A DNA stretch of 15,362 nucleotides from Bdellovibrionota bacterium FG-1 (lineage in GTDB: Bacteria > Bdellovibrionota > UBA1018), in the NCBI GenBank assembly GCA_051382295.1, contig JBBCAW010000024.1, positions 1 through 15,362 on the forward strand, read 5' to 3'. This document shows positions 1 to 7,328 of this stretch, in pieces (the stretch's first letter is position 1; the number at the start of each line of letters is the position of its first letter). A program made the translations under genes and the position numbers. The notes beneath the pieces are model-generated. The model ran no database searches and was not told where the DNA came from. It saw nothing but the letters and a program-made list of their open reading frames with translations.

Positions 1-1
1 C

Positions 2-106
2 CCCAAGGGTGTCAAGATCGCGGATTCAGAAATGAAAGCCCTGCGCATGGACCTCCATCCAAATTTACCCAAATGGAACTACACCATCCGTCCTCAAAAA
101 ATGTGA
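2..106 (+). CDS. ISAzo13-family DDE transposase, C-terminal fragment (5' partial)
   Basis: Manual translation of frame 2: PKGVKIADSEMKALRMDLHPNLPKWNYTIRPQKM*. This matches the recalled ISAzo13 C-terminal signature YPKG(I/V)K(V/I)xDxEM...WNYTIxP. Not in the ORF track. Confidence 0.85.
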   Translation, partial: PKGVKIADSEMKALRMDLHPNLPKWNYTIRPQKM

Positions 107-129
107 AGTTATTGTTGGGCGGCCCCTTA
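107..129. mobile_element. Probable right terminal inverted repeat of the ISAzo13-family IS plus a 3-bp target (TTA, 127..129)
   Basis: AGTTATTGTTGGGCGGCCCC-TTA lies immediately after the transposase stop and resembles the ends of this family. The left IR is outside the window, so the boundary cannot be confirmed. Confidence 0.55.
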
Positions 130-167
130 TCTGCGGGGGCAGCAGCTACGGTGGCGGAGGAATTTGA
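129..167 (+). pseudogene. C-terminal remnant (ICGGSSYGGGGI*) of a gene interrupted by the IS; candidate RiPP precursor core
   Basis: ATC TGC GGG GGC AGC AGC TAC GGT GGC GGA GGA ATT TGA. The stop overlaps the TTG start of the next gene (TTGA), the same coupling seen at 8850..8853. Confidence 0.45.
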
Positions 168-1231
168 GCTTGGCTCATTGGGCTGACCTCCATAATTTTG
201 GTCAGCAAGTGAAGCGATTTGCGCGGGCTTCTGGGACATTTTACCAGAAGCCCCGCACGCTATTTTGGGAATGGCTATTTTTTGGAACGACGAGCCCGCT
301 ACATGCGTACCTGGACCGGCTCGACGTCCCCAATCTCACGGGCTGGTACGGCCTTGAAATCGAGTCGATGGGCCCGGATTTTTGCGGCGAGGCAAGAGAA
401 GTGATCGACGACCCTGCGGGTGTAGCGGACAATGAGGCGGCGCTTGAAAACTTTGGCGCGCTCCTGGGATATTGCTACGCCTTCGGGATTCGGGATCTGC
501 ACCGCTTTAATTTGGTGCGTGGGCCGAACGGGCTTCAAGTCATCGACGCCGAGGTGGTCTTCACGCGGCTGTTGCTCCCCAAGGAAACCCTCCTCCTCCC
601 GTTCAAGGACACGCCGTTTAGCGAGTGTGGGTTGAGCCTTTTGCTCGACAGCGAGGATCAGCTCACAACCTCAAGGGTTCAAGCTATTTTGCGAGGGTAT
701 TGCGAATCGCTCACGCTTCTCGGAACTCATGCCCCCGAACTTTTAGAAATCATCGAGCGCGAGCTAAGCCAAGCGCCCGAAATTCCGGTTCGTCACATTT
801 TGCGCGATACGCGACGCTACTTTGAATGGGAGAAAAGAAAAACGGAGGAAGAGTATTTACCAGAGGAGCTAGCGCAACTTGAGCGAGGTGATATCCCTTA
901 TTTTTTCAAATTTCTGGGTCGCCCGGAGCTTTGGTTTTACACCTCTCCCAAGGGTGATCGCGACCCTGTGACCGTTCCTGCGAAGCTTTGGGATGGCGTC
1001 GAGCGCGATGCTAGTCCTGCGGGTATCCTTCTTGATCGTAAACGCCTTCTGAGTCAACTATTGCCCGTTGGGGTTCTGTATTTGGCTCGAACCCTGCTCC
1101 CCAAAGATTGGGTGGGGAATTTACCGCTGGGTCGGGACCAGGCGCTCGGTTGTACTGAGAATCGTCTGGAGCTATCGGTGGGCCCGCTTAGATTTGGTTC
1201 AGCTCGGCATCGGGGCACTCCTCAGAGCTGA
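164..1231 (+). CDS. Stand-alone LanM-type dehydratase/kinase domain protein (DUF4135), no LanC cyclase domain
   Basis: Class II lanthipeptide synthetase motifs in the right order: ADLHNFGQQV (cf. GDxHxxGxxV), YQKPR, FGALLGYCYAFGIRDLHRFNL (cf. DLHxEN), IDAE, RHILRDT, EELAQLERGDIPYF. SD-like GGAGGA at 156..161 lies very close to the TTG. Confidence 0.85.
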   Translation: MSLAHWADLHNFGQQVKRFARASGTFYQKPRTLFWEWLFFGTTSPLHAYLDRLDVPNLTGWYGLEIESMGPDFCGEAREVIDDPAGVADNEAALENFGALLGYCYAFGIRDLHRFNLVRGPNGLQVIDAEVVFTRLLLPKETLLLPFKDTPFSECGLSLLLDSEDQLTTSRVQAILRGYCESLTLLGTHAPELLEIIERELSQAPEIPVRHILRDTRRYFEWEKRKTEEEYLPEELAQLERGDIPYFFKFLGRPELWFYTSPKGDRDPVTVPAKLWDGVERDASPAGILLDRKRLLSQLLPVGVLYLARTLLPKDWVGNLPLGRDQALGCTENRLELSVGPLRFGSARHRGTPQS

Positions 1232-1234
1232 ACT

Positions 1235-1519
1235 TTAAGCCACCCGAAGGGTAACCATTAGGCCAAGATTTTGAGCAATATCGATCAGCCTGTCTGTCGA
1301 GATATGGGTCGTATTACCATTCAGAATCGCTGTAATGACGGTTCTCCCTACCCCTGCGCGTTTGGCTGCCTCGACATGGGTCAGATGTTTTTTTTCAACA
1401 GTTTTCCTGATTGCAATAGCGAGGTTAGTTCGCATCTCAATTTTGGTGGCTTGGCCCTTTGGAAGCTTGAGGACCTTCGCTAGGTCTTTCATGTTTTTTG
1501 CTTCAGTATAGTTTTTCAT
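1235..1519 (-). CDS. higA: XRE/HTH antitoxin (HigA-like)
   Basis: HTH LTHVEAAKRAGVGRTVITAILNG...ISTDRLI. Lies downstream of a RelE-type toxin with a 4-bp overlap (toxin-first order). Confidence 0.85.
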   Translation of the reverse strand: MKNYTEAKNMKDLAKVLKLPKGQATKIEMRTNLAIAIRKTVEKKHLTHVEAAKRAGVGRTVITAILNGNTTHISTDRLIDIAQNLGLMVTLRVA

Positions 1520-1836
1520 GCCATTTCTCCTAATCTTCTTTGGCCCGTCTGAATTTCGATTTTAGGTGTTTCTCGGGTTTTCTTTTTAAAAGCATGGAAC
1601 ACCAAAACCGCGTCTCGGAACTTAACAAAATAAAAAATTCGATATTGTCCGGCAGCGTTTTTTACCCGAAGCTCATGTGCGCCTTGCGCAATGCTCGGCA
1701 TAGGGCGACTCGCTGGCATTCCTAATGATTCACCCTTGGCGATCAAGGCCAACAATTCCATTATGTCGGCTCGGGTAAATACGTCAATACCTTCAAGTTC
1801 TTTTTCGACTTTCTTGTGAAAACGGATCGGCTTCAT
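1516..1836 (-). CDS. higB: RelE/ParE-superfamily toxin (HigB / phage Gp49-like)
   Basis: SRPMPSIAQGAHELRVKNAAGQYRIFY...VLVFHAFKKKTRETP is the typical Gp49-like HigB pattern. SD GAGG upstream. Confidence 0.9.
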   Translation of the reverse strand: MKPIRFHKKVEKELEGIDVFTRADIMELLALIAKGESLGMPASRPMPSIAQGAHELRVKNAAGQYRIFYFVKFRDAVLVFHAFKKKTRETPKIEIQTGQRRLGEMA

Positions 1837-1861
1837 CTTGACCTCATCCTAAAAAGAAGGA

Positions 1862-1879
1862 TGTCATAATTTTATGACA
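1862..1879. promoter_or_regulatory. Palindromic operator upstream of higBA (probable antitoxin autoregulation site)
   Basis: Perfect inverted repeat TGTCATAA-TT-TTATGACA, 25 bp upstream of the toxin ATG. It contains TAAAAT on the - strand. Confidence 0.7.
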
Positions 1880-1927
1880 ATTGCCAGATTTTTTTAGCTT
1901 GGTTCATTTAAAATGATCCTGTTTCCC

Positions 1928-1966
1928 CGTCTTCCCATAAAGACGCGCTGTCTTTGTTCCAAGACG
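1928..1966. repeat. Two tandem palindromes YGTCTT-N6-AAGACG with a 21-bp period
   Basis: CGTCTT-CCCATA-AAGACG (1928..1945) and TGTCTT-TGTTCC-AAGACG (1949..1966). Confidence 0.7.
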
Positions 1967-2115
1967 TTTTCCAAAACCACTCATTTTCACTTATCTCAAT
2001 TCGCGAACTAATTCGTGCGTTTGGCCGCTTGGCACGAGTGCGTCGTTTTCTTGCACATAGAGAGGTGTAGGGACGCTCAATCACGAGAGTCTCAAGACAA
2101 CAGGAGAAGTGGAAA

Positions 2116-2286
2116 GTGAGATACGAAAATGGTTTTCATAACTGCCCTAGGTGTGGCGACCAGAGCATGGATCGACTCAGCACCTACTATTACTGCGCCG
2201 CCTGCAATTTTAGCTCAGAGGACCTAAACCCGCCTGAGCCAATCATTCCGAAGTGGGCATTCGACTTTTTAAAGGTGCGCTTATGA
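2116..2286 (+). CDS. Small zinc-ribbon protein (56 aa), first gene of the transfer operon
   Basis: Manual translation: MRYENGFHNCPRCGDQSMDRLSTYYYCAACNFSSEDLNPPEPIIPKWAFDFLKVRL*. It has CxxC-x13-CxxC, SD AGGAG at 2102..2106, and an ATGA overlap with the next ORF. Below the ORF-track size cutoff. Confidence 0.75.
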   Translation: MRYENGFHNCPRCGDQSMDRLSTYYYCAACNFSSEDLNPPEPIIPKWAFDFLKVRL

Positions 2287-2567
2287 GCGGCCAACAAATG
2301 AACGATCTGACTTGGTCGCAACTCTTGAACGCCAAAGCGCATTTCGCTGTGAACGCACAATACGCCTTTGGAAATCTAAACAATGAAGGAAATGAAGTGA
2401 AGAATCTGAAAGTGAAAAATAAGAATTACGAATTAACCAGTCCAGTGGTCCTGACCCTGGCCATTCTGTCCTCGATGCTTTTTTCAGGATGCACGACCTG
2501 TTCGGCGCGTCCGAATCGTCACTTGATTTACGAAATGCGGGAGCCAGGGGGCCCGCGCCGCCTATGA
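2283..2567 (+). CDS. Small putative lipoprotein (alternative start GTG 2397)
   Basis: ATGA overlaps at both ends. An internal GTG at 2397 with SD GAAGGA gives a Lys-rich n-region, hydrophobic VVLTLAILSSML and lipobox FSG|C. Confidence 0.6.
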   Translation: MSGQQMNDLTWSQLLNAKAHFAVNAQYAFGNLNNEGNEVKNLKVKNKNYELTSPVVLTLAILSSMLFSGCTTCSARPNRHLIYEMREPGGPRRL

Positions 2568-2773
2568 CGGCGACGGTGTTTCCGTGCCCGGTGTGCGGAG
2601 AACCTCAAGGGATACTTGGCCAAGAGCCAATCACTTGTCGTTGTCCGGGGAGTGGCCTTGCGCCCATTCACCGAATTGGGCGGGCCGCGTATCGAATTCG
2701 ATGCGGGCTGAATGCAAGAAAATTTTGCGATCATGACGACGACTACTGGCCCGACGGGCCGGGTGCCGCATGA
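2564..2773 (+). CDS. Small Cys-rich protein (69 aa)
   Basis: ATGA-coupled start. MTATVFPCPVCGEP...TCRC...C...C. Confidence 0.55.
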   Translation: MTATVFPCPVCGEPQGILGQEPITCRCPGSGLAPIHRIGRAAYRIRCGLNARKFCDHDDDYWPDGPGAA

Positions 2774-2791
2774 AAACCAAGGGGGTGGCCT

Positions 2792-2974
2792 ATGTGCCAT
2801 GAATGTATGCCGTCCGCAGGATGGTACCAGGCGATTCAAAAGAAATGTGGCTGTTGCGGGTGGCGACTCCATGAAGCCTGCAACGATGTCGAAATGTGCT
2901 TCTACTGCGACTGGATCGAATCCGATGGCCAGCGCGAGCAGCGAATCAAACGAAAAAACAAAAGGGGTTACTAA
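2792..2974 (+). CDS. Small Cys-rich putative zinc-binding protein (60 aa)
   Basis: CHEC, CGCC, C and CFYC motifs with a basic tail. SD-like GGGGGTGG upstream. Confidence 0.5.
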   Translation: MCHECMPSAGWYQAIQKKCGCCGWRLHEACNDVEMCFYCDWIESDGQREQRIKRKNKRGY

Positions 2975-3092
2975 AAGCAACGATAACAAGAGGTTTTATA
3001 GGGATTTTGAGGCCATCAAAGAATGGCTCAGAGAATTACGAATCGAAAAAATTGAACGAAGGAGACACCAACGCAAATCAGTCAATGAGTGA
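2925..3092 (+). CDS. Small charged hypothetical protein (55 aa; start uncertain)
   Basis: 3' part of ORF 2712..3092. Amphipathic FYRDFEAIKEWLRELRIEKIE. The stop overlaps the pilin start by 8 bp, but the ORF also overlaps 2792..2974 by 50 bp. Confidence 0.35.
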   Translation: MASASSESNEKTKGVTKSNDNKRFYRDFEAIKEWLRELRIEKIERRRHQRKSVNE

Positions 3093-3414
3093 AAATAATC
3101 GAGTTCAGGGTCTAGCCATCTCACGCTTGCTCACGCAAGCCGTGGGGGTGGTCGGCCTCAGTCTGATCCCCCTAATGGCCGGAACCAATCCGGCATTTGC
3201 AGGGATCGAAAGCATGATGGGCAATCTTCAGTCCGCCATCTTAAACGTCTTGGCTCCCATGATCTGTGTGGGTGGGATTATCTTCGCAGGATTTAAGCTC
3301 GCCATGGGGGATGAGTCGGCCAAACGAATGCTCTTTTGGAGCTGCGTCGGGACCGTCATCACCTTTACCGCGCCCTCGATCTTGTCCTTCCTGCAAACGC
3401 GGGTGGCATCATGA
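3085..3414 (+). CDS. Conjugative pilin, VirB2/TrbC family
   Basis: Long leader ending PAFA|G followed by two hydrophobic helices split by a charged loop (KLAMGDESAKR). Lies upstream of virB3/virB4. Start reassigned to ATG 3085. Confidence 0.8.
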   Translation: MSENNRVQGLAISRLLTQAVGVVGLSLIPLMAGTNPAFAGIESMMGNLQSAILNVLAPMICVGGIIFAGFKLAMGDESAKRMLFWSCVGTVITFTAPSILSFLQTRVAS

Positions 3415-3701
3415 TGAAGGATATAAGGGAAACAGCGGATTTAGCGGGGTTTCTTATTTGCCTCTGTCTGGGCTTTACCTTTTCGTTTGAGGTCATGATC
3501 CCGACTCTTCGGGATATCCAGGTGGAGATGATGAAATACCTGTTTGGCGTGGGCTTAGGATTTGGCCTGGGTGTTTGCTTTTATCTGATCTGGGTCCCGA
3601 TCCAGCATCTCATTGGCATAGCCCTTGAGAAGTTCGGAGCATTCTTGGACTCGCGCGGAAAAAAGCCAGGCAAAGGCAAGGAGGAGGGCTCCGATGAGTA
3701 A
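3411..3701 (+). CDS. Hypothetical 2-TM membrane protein (96 aa)
   Basis: ATGA-coupled to the pilin gene. Two hydrophobic segments and a charged tail. Confidence 0.65.
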   Translation: MMKDIRETADLAGFLICLCLGFTFSFEVMIPTLRDIQVEMMKYLFGVGLGFGLGVCFYLIWVPIQHLIGIALEKFGAFLDSRGKKPGKGKEEGSDE

Positions 3702-4005
3702 TGCGCAAGGTCTCAGTTATCCAGTGGCTAGAACTCTGGATGAACCCCCGCGAATCCTGGGGCTCTCGCCCACCGAGCTTGCGGCGTCAGCCTTGTTTTA
3801 CGCGATTCTCAGTCCAGTTTTGAGGGGGGTGCCGTATTCGGCGCTCCTCTCCTTGGTTCTGAGCGCGGGACTCACGGTGACGCTTTTGATTTTGGGACGA
3901 ACCTATCCGCCCAATCATGGGCTGTTTTGGGGGCTCAGGATGGTTCGGCCCGGTGTCACGTGGGTGAGCCCCATTCAAGAGGAGGTGTATCGCAATGCAC
4001 GCTAA
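3694..4005 (+). CDS. VirB3 / F-type TraL-like inner-membrane protein
   Basis: YPVARTLDEPPRILGLSPTEL is TraL-like. Two TM segments, SD AGGAGGAGG, directly before virB4. Confidence 0.75.
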   Translation: MSNAQGLSYPVARTLDEPPRILGLSPTELAASALFYAILSPVLRGVPYSALLSLVLSAGLTVTLLILGRTYPPNHGLFWGLRMVRPGVTWVSPIQEEVYRNAR

Positions 4006-6499
4006 TGGAAACTTGAAAGAAGCAAAAACCCTTTCGGATCTACTCCCATATTTGGGGGTAGATCCCATTGATGGGGGCCTGTGCCTCAAAGATGGGAGCG
4101 TGACTCGAAGCTTTCGGCTCGTTCCCAAGTCCTGCCTGACGGCGACTGAAGCGGATTTGGAGGGGCTTCGTTCCTCGCTTATTCGTGCTCTTTCGTCGCT
4201 GCCGGAAGGGGTAATTGCCCAGGTATGGATGAGCCGTAGTCAACCGTCAGGGTTAAATTCCCAGGCGATTGTGAATTGGAACCAGAGCCATCAACCAGAC
4301 GGTAAGGCCACGCCTTGCGGTCGGCAGAAGCTCTTTGAGGCTAGGCAGGCTCTTACAAGATCTTGCGAAGACGGAGGTACGGTATTTCAAACGGAAATTT
4401 TCGTCACTCTCCGCGTCTCGCCCGAAATCAAGGCGCAGCCCCTGGCAAGAATGGGCGCGTTTGCGCATTTGGCGTTTTGGCACAAAGCTGGAAAAGCAAA
4501 AAGCGTTCAGGACAAAACGCCAAGAACCATCGTGCAAGAGTTGAACGCAGCGGCGGAAGGCTTTCTCATGGGGCTTGAATCCGCTGGGATTGAGGCCTCA
4601 CCCCTTTTAGAAGTAGAGCAGGCGGCGCGAATCGCTGCCTTCTTTAATCCTGACCGTGAGGTTGAAGTCCTGGGGGAGGAAGAGGTCGTGGTCCACCGTC
4701 AGAATCTTTCAGAACGGGTCACGCTCACCGATCTGATTGAATCCAAGTCAGGGCTTGCACTCGGAAAAACCCGCATTCGTATCGGGACTCTTAAAAGTTT
4801 ACCAGAAAGTACGGTCCCGGCGCTGATGCACATTTTATCGGGCCAGCGCGTTTCGTTTGATGCCGTGGTGACCATCATGGTCTTGCCCCAGGTTCCCGAA
4901 CGGGAGCGACTGTCTCGAAAACAACGGCTCGCGCAGGGAATGGCCTCCGGCAACCAAGTCAGAAATCTTTATGCTGAAGGCCAGCTCCAAGAGATTGAGA
5001 ACACGCTGGGCGCAATGATTGGTCGGGGGGAGCGCCTCGTGGTCGCATCATTCCACCTCATTACGAGAGAACGGGGTGAAGTCGCACGTGGTGAGCTTGA
5101 TATTTTGCTAGATGAGGGGGCGCGTCTGGGACCCGGCTGTCAGTGGTTTGAGGAAACCGTCGGTGCGTATCCCGTCTTTTTTGGAATCTTGCCATTTGCG
5201 CCAACTTTTATTACCCGGCCTAAACGCATTCTCACCCCGGCGCTTACGGATTTATTGCCGCTTTATGGGTCCGGGCCCGGCCACGTTGAGGCATCGGTGC
5301 TTTTTGAAACGCTCGATCAGGGGATCATGGGGTATTCGCTCTTTGAGAAGTCCCCCAGTGGTAACGCGATTTTAATTGGCTCGACAGGATCGGGCAAAAG
5401 CACGCTTGCGTGCGGTCTGATCCTCGGAATGAACGCGGGCGGATCGAGTGCCGCGCCATCGAGTTTTGTCATCGACGTGGGTAATAGCTTTAGGCGCTCG
5501 CTTTTGTATTTGGGTGGAACGTCGCTAGATCTTTCGCCGGAAAACGGTACCGTGATTAACCCGTTTGATTTACCAGTGGGAGAAAAGTACCCAAATCCCG
5601 AGAAGGTCAAATTTCTTACGGCTTTTTTTGATGAGATTCTGGGCGACTGCGGCTCCCTCACCAAACTGGAGCGTGCGCTTTTAGAGGGTGAAATCTTTGT
5701 CTTTTACCGAAAAGACGAACCACCCACTTTAAGCCGGTTCAAAGCCCATTTAGAAAGCGCCGATCACCCAGATCTAAAACGACTCGCGAAACTTTTGATC
5801 CTGTGGTGCAAGCCCCAGCCCTATGGGCTCTTATTTGACGGGACAACAAACGTTACACTGGACGGCCCGCACCTACATTTTGAACTCAAAGGCTGCCAGC
5901 GATACCCAGATTTACTTCGGGTCGCCATGCTCGTGGTGATGGATCTGATTTGGCGCGAGGTCCGTGCGCGGTTTCCTAAACGCTCTTTGGTTGTGGTCGA
6001 TGAGGCGCACACGCTGATTCGGCCCTCATCCGATGGACGCGCGAACGGAGCCGCGCGCTGGGTGGAGGATGGCTTTAGACAGATGCGTAAATTTTCGAGC
6101 GCCGCGATTGCCATTTCGCAGACCGCAAAAGACCTTAAAAGTCCCGAGATTGGGGATGGGATTTTGGCCAATGCACCCAATCGCTTCATTTTACGCCAGC
6201 GCGGGGACGAGGTCACACTAAGGGAGGATCTCAAGCTCAATGAGCGGGAACTTGCCGAAGTGTTTGCACTTTCTCAGGTGCGTGGTGAGTTTTCGGAGTT
6301 TTTCCTCCACTCCGAGTCCATCAAGGGGACGTTTCGTTATCGGCCCACCCCGCTTGAGCTGTGGTTATCGACCACCCACCCACCCGACCTATCCGCACTC
6401 AAGGAAGCAGAAAACCAGCATCCCGAGTGGTCGCTCATCGAGCTGATGGATTACTTGGCTACAAAATACCCCGAAGGGGCAGAAGGGAGAATGGTATGA
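3995..6499 (+). CDS. virB4: VirB4/TraC-family T4SS ATPase
   Basis: 834 aa. Walker A GSTGSGKS, IDVGNSF, INPFD, Walker B VVVDEAH, RQMRKF...ISQ. SD GAGGAGG. Confidence 0.93.
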   Translation: MHANGNLKEAKTLSDLLPYLGVDPIDGGLCLKDGSVTRSFRLVPKSCLTATEADLEGLRSSLIRALSSLPEGVIAQVWMSRSQPSGLNSQAIVNWNQSHQPDGKATPCGRQKLFEARQALTRSCEDGGTVFQTEIFVTLRVSPEIKAQPLARMGAFAHLAFWHKAGKAKSVQDKTPRTIVQELNAAAEGFLMGLESAGIEASPLLEVEQAARIAAFFNPDREVEVLGEEEVVVHRQNLSERVTLTDLIESKSGLALGKTRIRIGTLKSLPESTVPALMHILSGQRVSFDAVVTIMVLPQVPERERLSRKQRLAQGMASGNQVRNLYAEGQLQEIENTLGAMIGRGERLVVASFHLITRERGEVARGELDILLDEGARLGPGCQWFEETVGAYPVFFGILPFAPTFITRPKRILTPALTDLLPLYGSGPGHVEASVLFETLDQGIMGYSLFEKSPSGNAILIGSTGSGKSTLACGLILGMNAGGSSAAPSSFVIDVGNSFRRSLLYLGGTSLDLSPENGTVINPFDLPVGEKYPNPEKVKFLTAFFDEILGDCGSLTKLERALLEGEIFVFYRKDEPPTLSRFKAHLESADHPDLKRLAKLLILWCKPQPYGLLFDGTTNVTLDGPHLHFELKGCQRYPDLLRVAMLVVMDLIWREVRARFPKRSLVVVDEAHTLIRPSSDGRANGAARWVEDGFRQMRKFSSAAIAISQTAKDLKSPEIGDGILANAPNRFILRQRGDEVTLREDLKLNERELAEVFALSQVRGEFSEFFLHSESIKGTFRYRPTPLELWLSTTHPPDLSALKEAENQHPEWSLIELMDYLATKYPEGAEGRMV

Positions 6500-7218
6500 A
6501 ATTTGAAAAAATTCGAAAATATTTTGAATGGTTTTCGATTGGCGCGATTACTTTTTTGATCGTAAGCCTCTCGGTCCCTAAGCGGGCTTACTGCCTATTT
6601 GGTGAGGAAATTCCCTTCCTAATCCAGATTATTACGCAGGCGATTCAACAGGTTCAGGAGCTTCAAAGCATTATCGGTACGGGCCGTGAAACGCTGGGAG
6701 TTCTCGAAGAAATGAATCGTGGGGTGAGGGACGTATTAAGGCTTGCCGACACCGCCCACCTCACTCTTCCGAGCCAGGTCTATAGTGACGCCGCTCAGAT
6801 TGATTCGGCCACTCGAAAGGCGGGGTTGCTTTACGGCGGCCTTTCAGATCACTCGCCGCTTTACGCTCGCACTCATTATCAAAGCGGGGTCGAGGGCTTA
6901 TTTTTGAGTGAAGATGCGTTTCAGTATTCTACTCAGCTTGATCGACAAGGAAACCAAATCAAAAATGCGGCAGTCGTCTCAAACCAGGCCACCGCAACCC
7001 GGCTCACCGCCGAAACGCTGGGGGTGATCCTCCATGCGGTCAACCACCAAAGCCGCCTTGAGGCCAAGCAACTGGAAATTCAGTCCACCCGTCACATCGA
7101 GGAGGCCGCCAAGGAAGATTCGCGCTTGGAGTCCTTCGAACAAACTCACGACGCGATTCAAAAAGACATGAGCGACGCCCAGTTTTCGTCGCTCAACTCA
7201 TATGGCCAGCATGAATAA
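6496..7218 (+). CDS. Secreted helical T4SS protein, VirB5/TrbJ-like
   Basis: ATGA-coupled start at 6496. Signal peptide ending AYC|L, Gln-rich coiled-coil, position between virB4 and virB6. Confidence 0.6.
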   Translation: MKFEKIRKYFEWFSIGAITFLIVSLSVPKRAYCLFGEEIPFLIQIITQAIQQVQELQSIIGTGRETLGVLEEMNRGVRDVLRLADTAHLTLPSQVYSDAAQIDSATRKAGLLYGGLSDHSPLYARTHYQSGVEGLFLSEDAFQYSTQLDRQGNQIKNAAVVSNQATATRLTAETLGVILHAVNHQSRLEAKQLEIQSTRHIEEAAKEDSRLESFEQTHDAIQKDMSDAQFSSLNSYGQHE

Positions 7219-7328
7219 GCTGATGGTCACTCAGAAAGGATTTTCAAAATACTTACATCAATACTACCGATAATTTAAGAAATACCTCGATAGCTCTTTT
7301 CCAGGTCAGCCAAGGGCTGTTTTGGAAC

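Noticed and set aside
164..1231. Complete lanthipeptide gene cluster, or a HipA toxin paired with the neighbouring HTH
   Set aside because: No cyclase, transporter or protease is in the window. The HTH belongs to the higBA pair on the opposite strand, and the motifs are LanM-specific.
2030..2055. Sigma-54 promoter (TGGCACG ... TTGCA)
   Set aside because: The TTGC is 10 bp too far from the GG, and the correct -12 position reads CGTC. Not called as a promoter.
2068..2092. Small hairpin GACGCTC-AATCAC-GAGAGTC in the tra leader as a structured RNA
   Set aside because: Short and mismatched, with no family recognised.
2896..3084. Long N-terminal extension of the pilin ORF (likewise the track starts at 2253, 2489, 3336, 3625, 6361, 10374 and 12992)
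   Set aside because: Downstream ATGs with SD sequences or stop/start overlaps give better starts.
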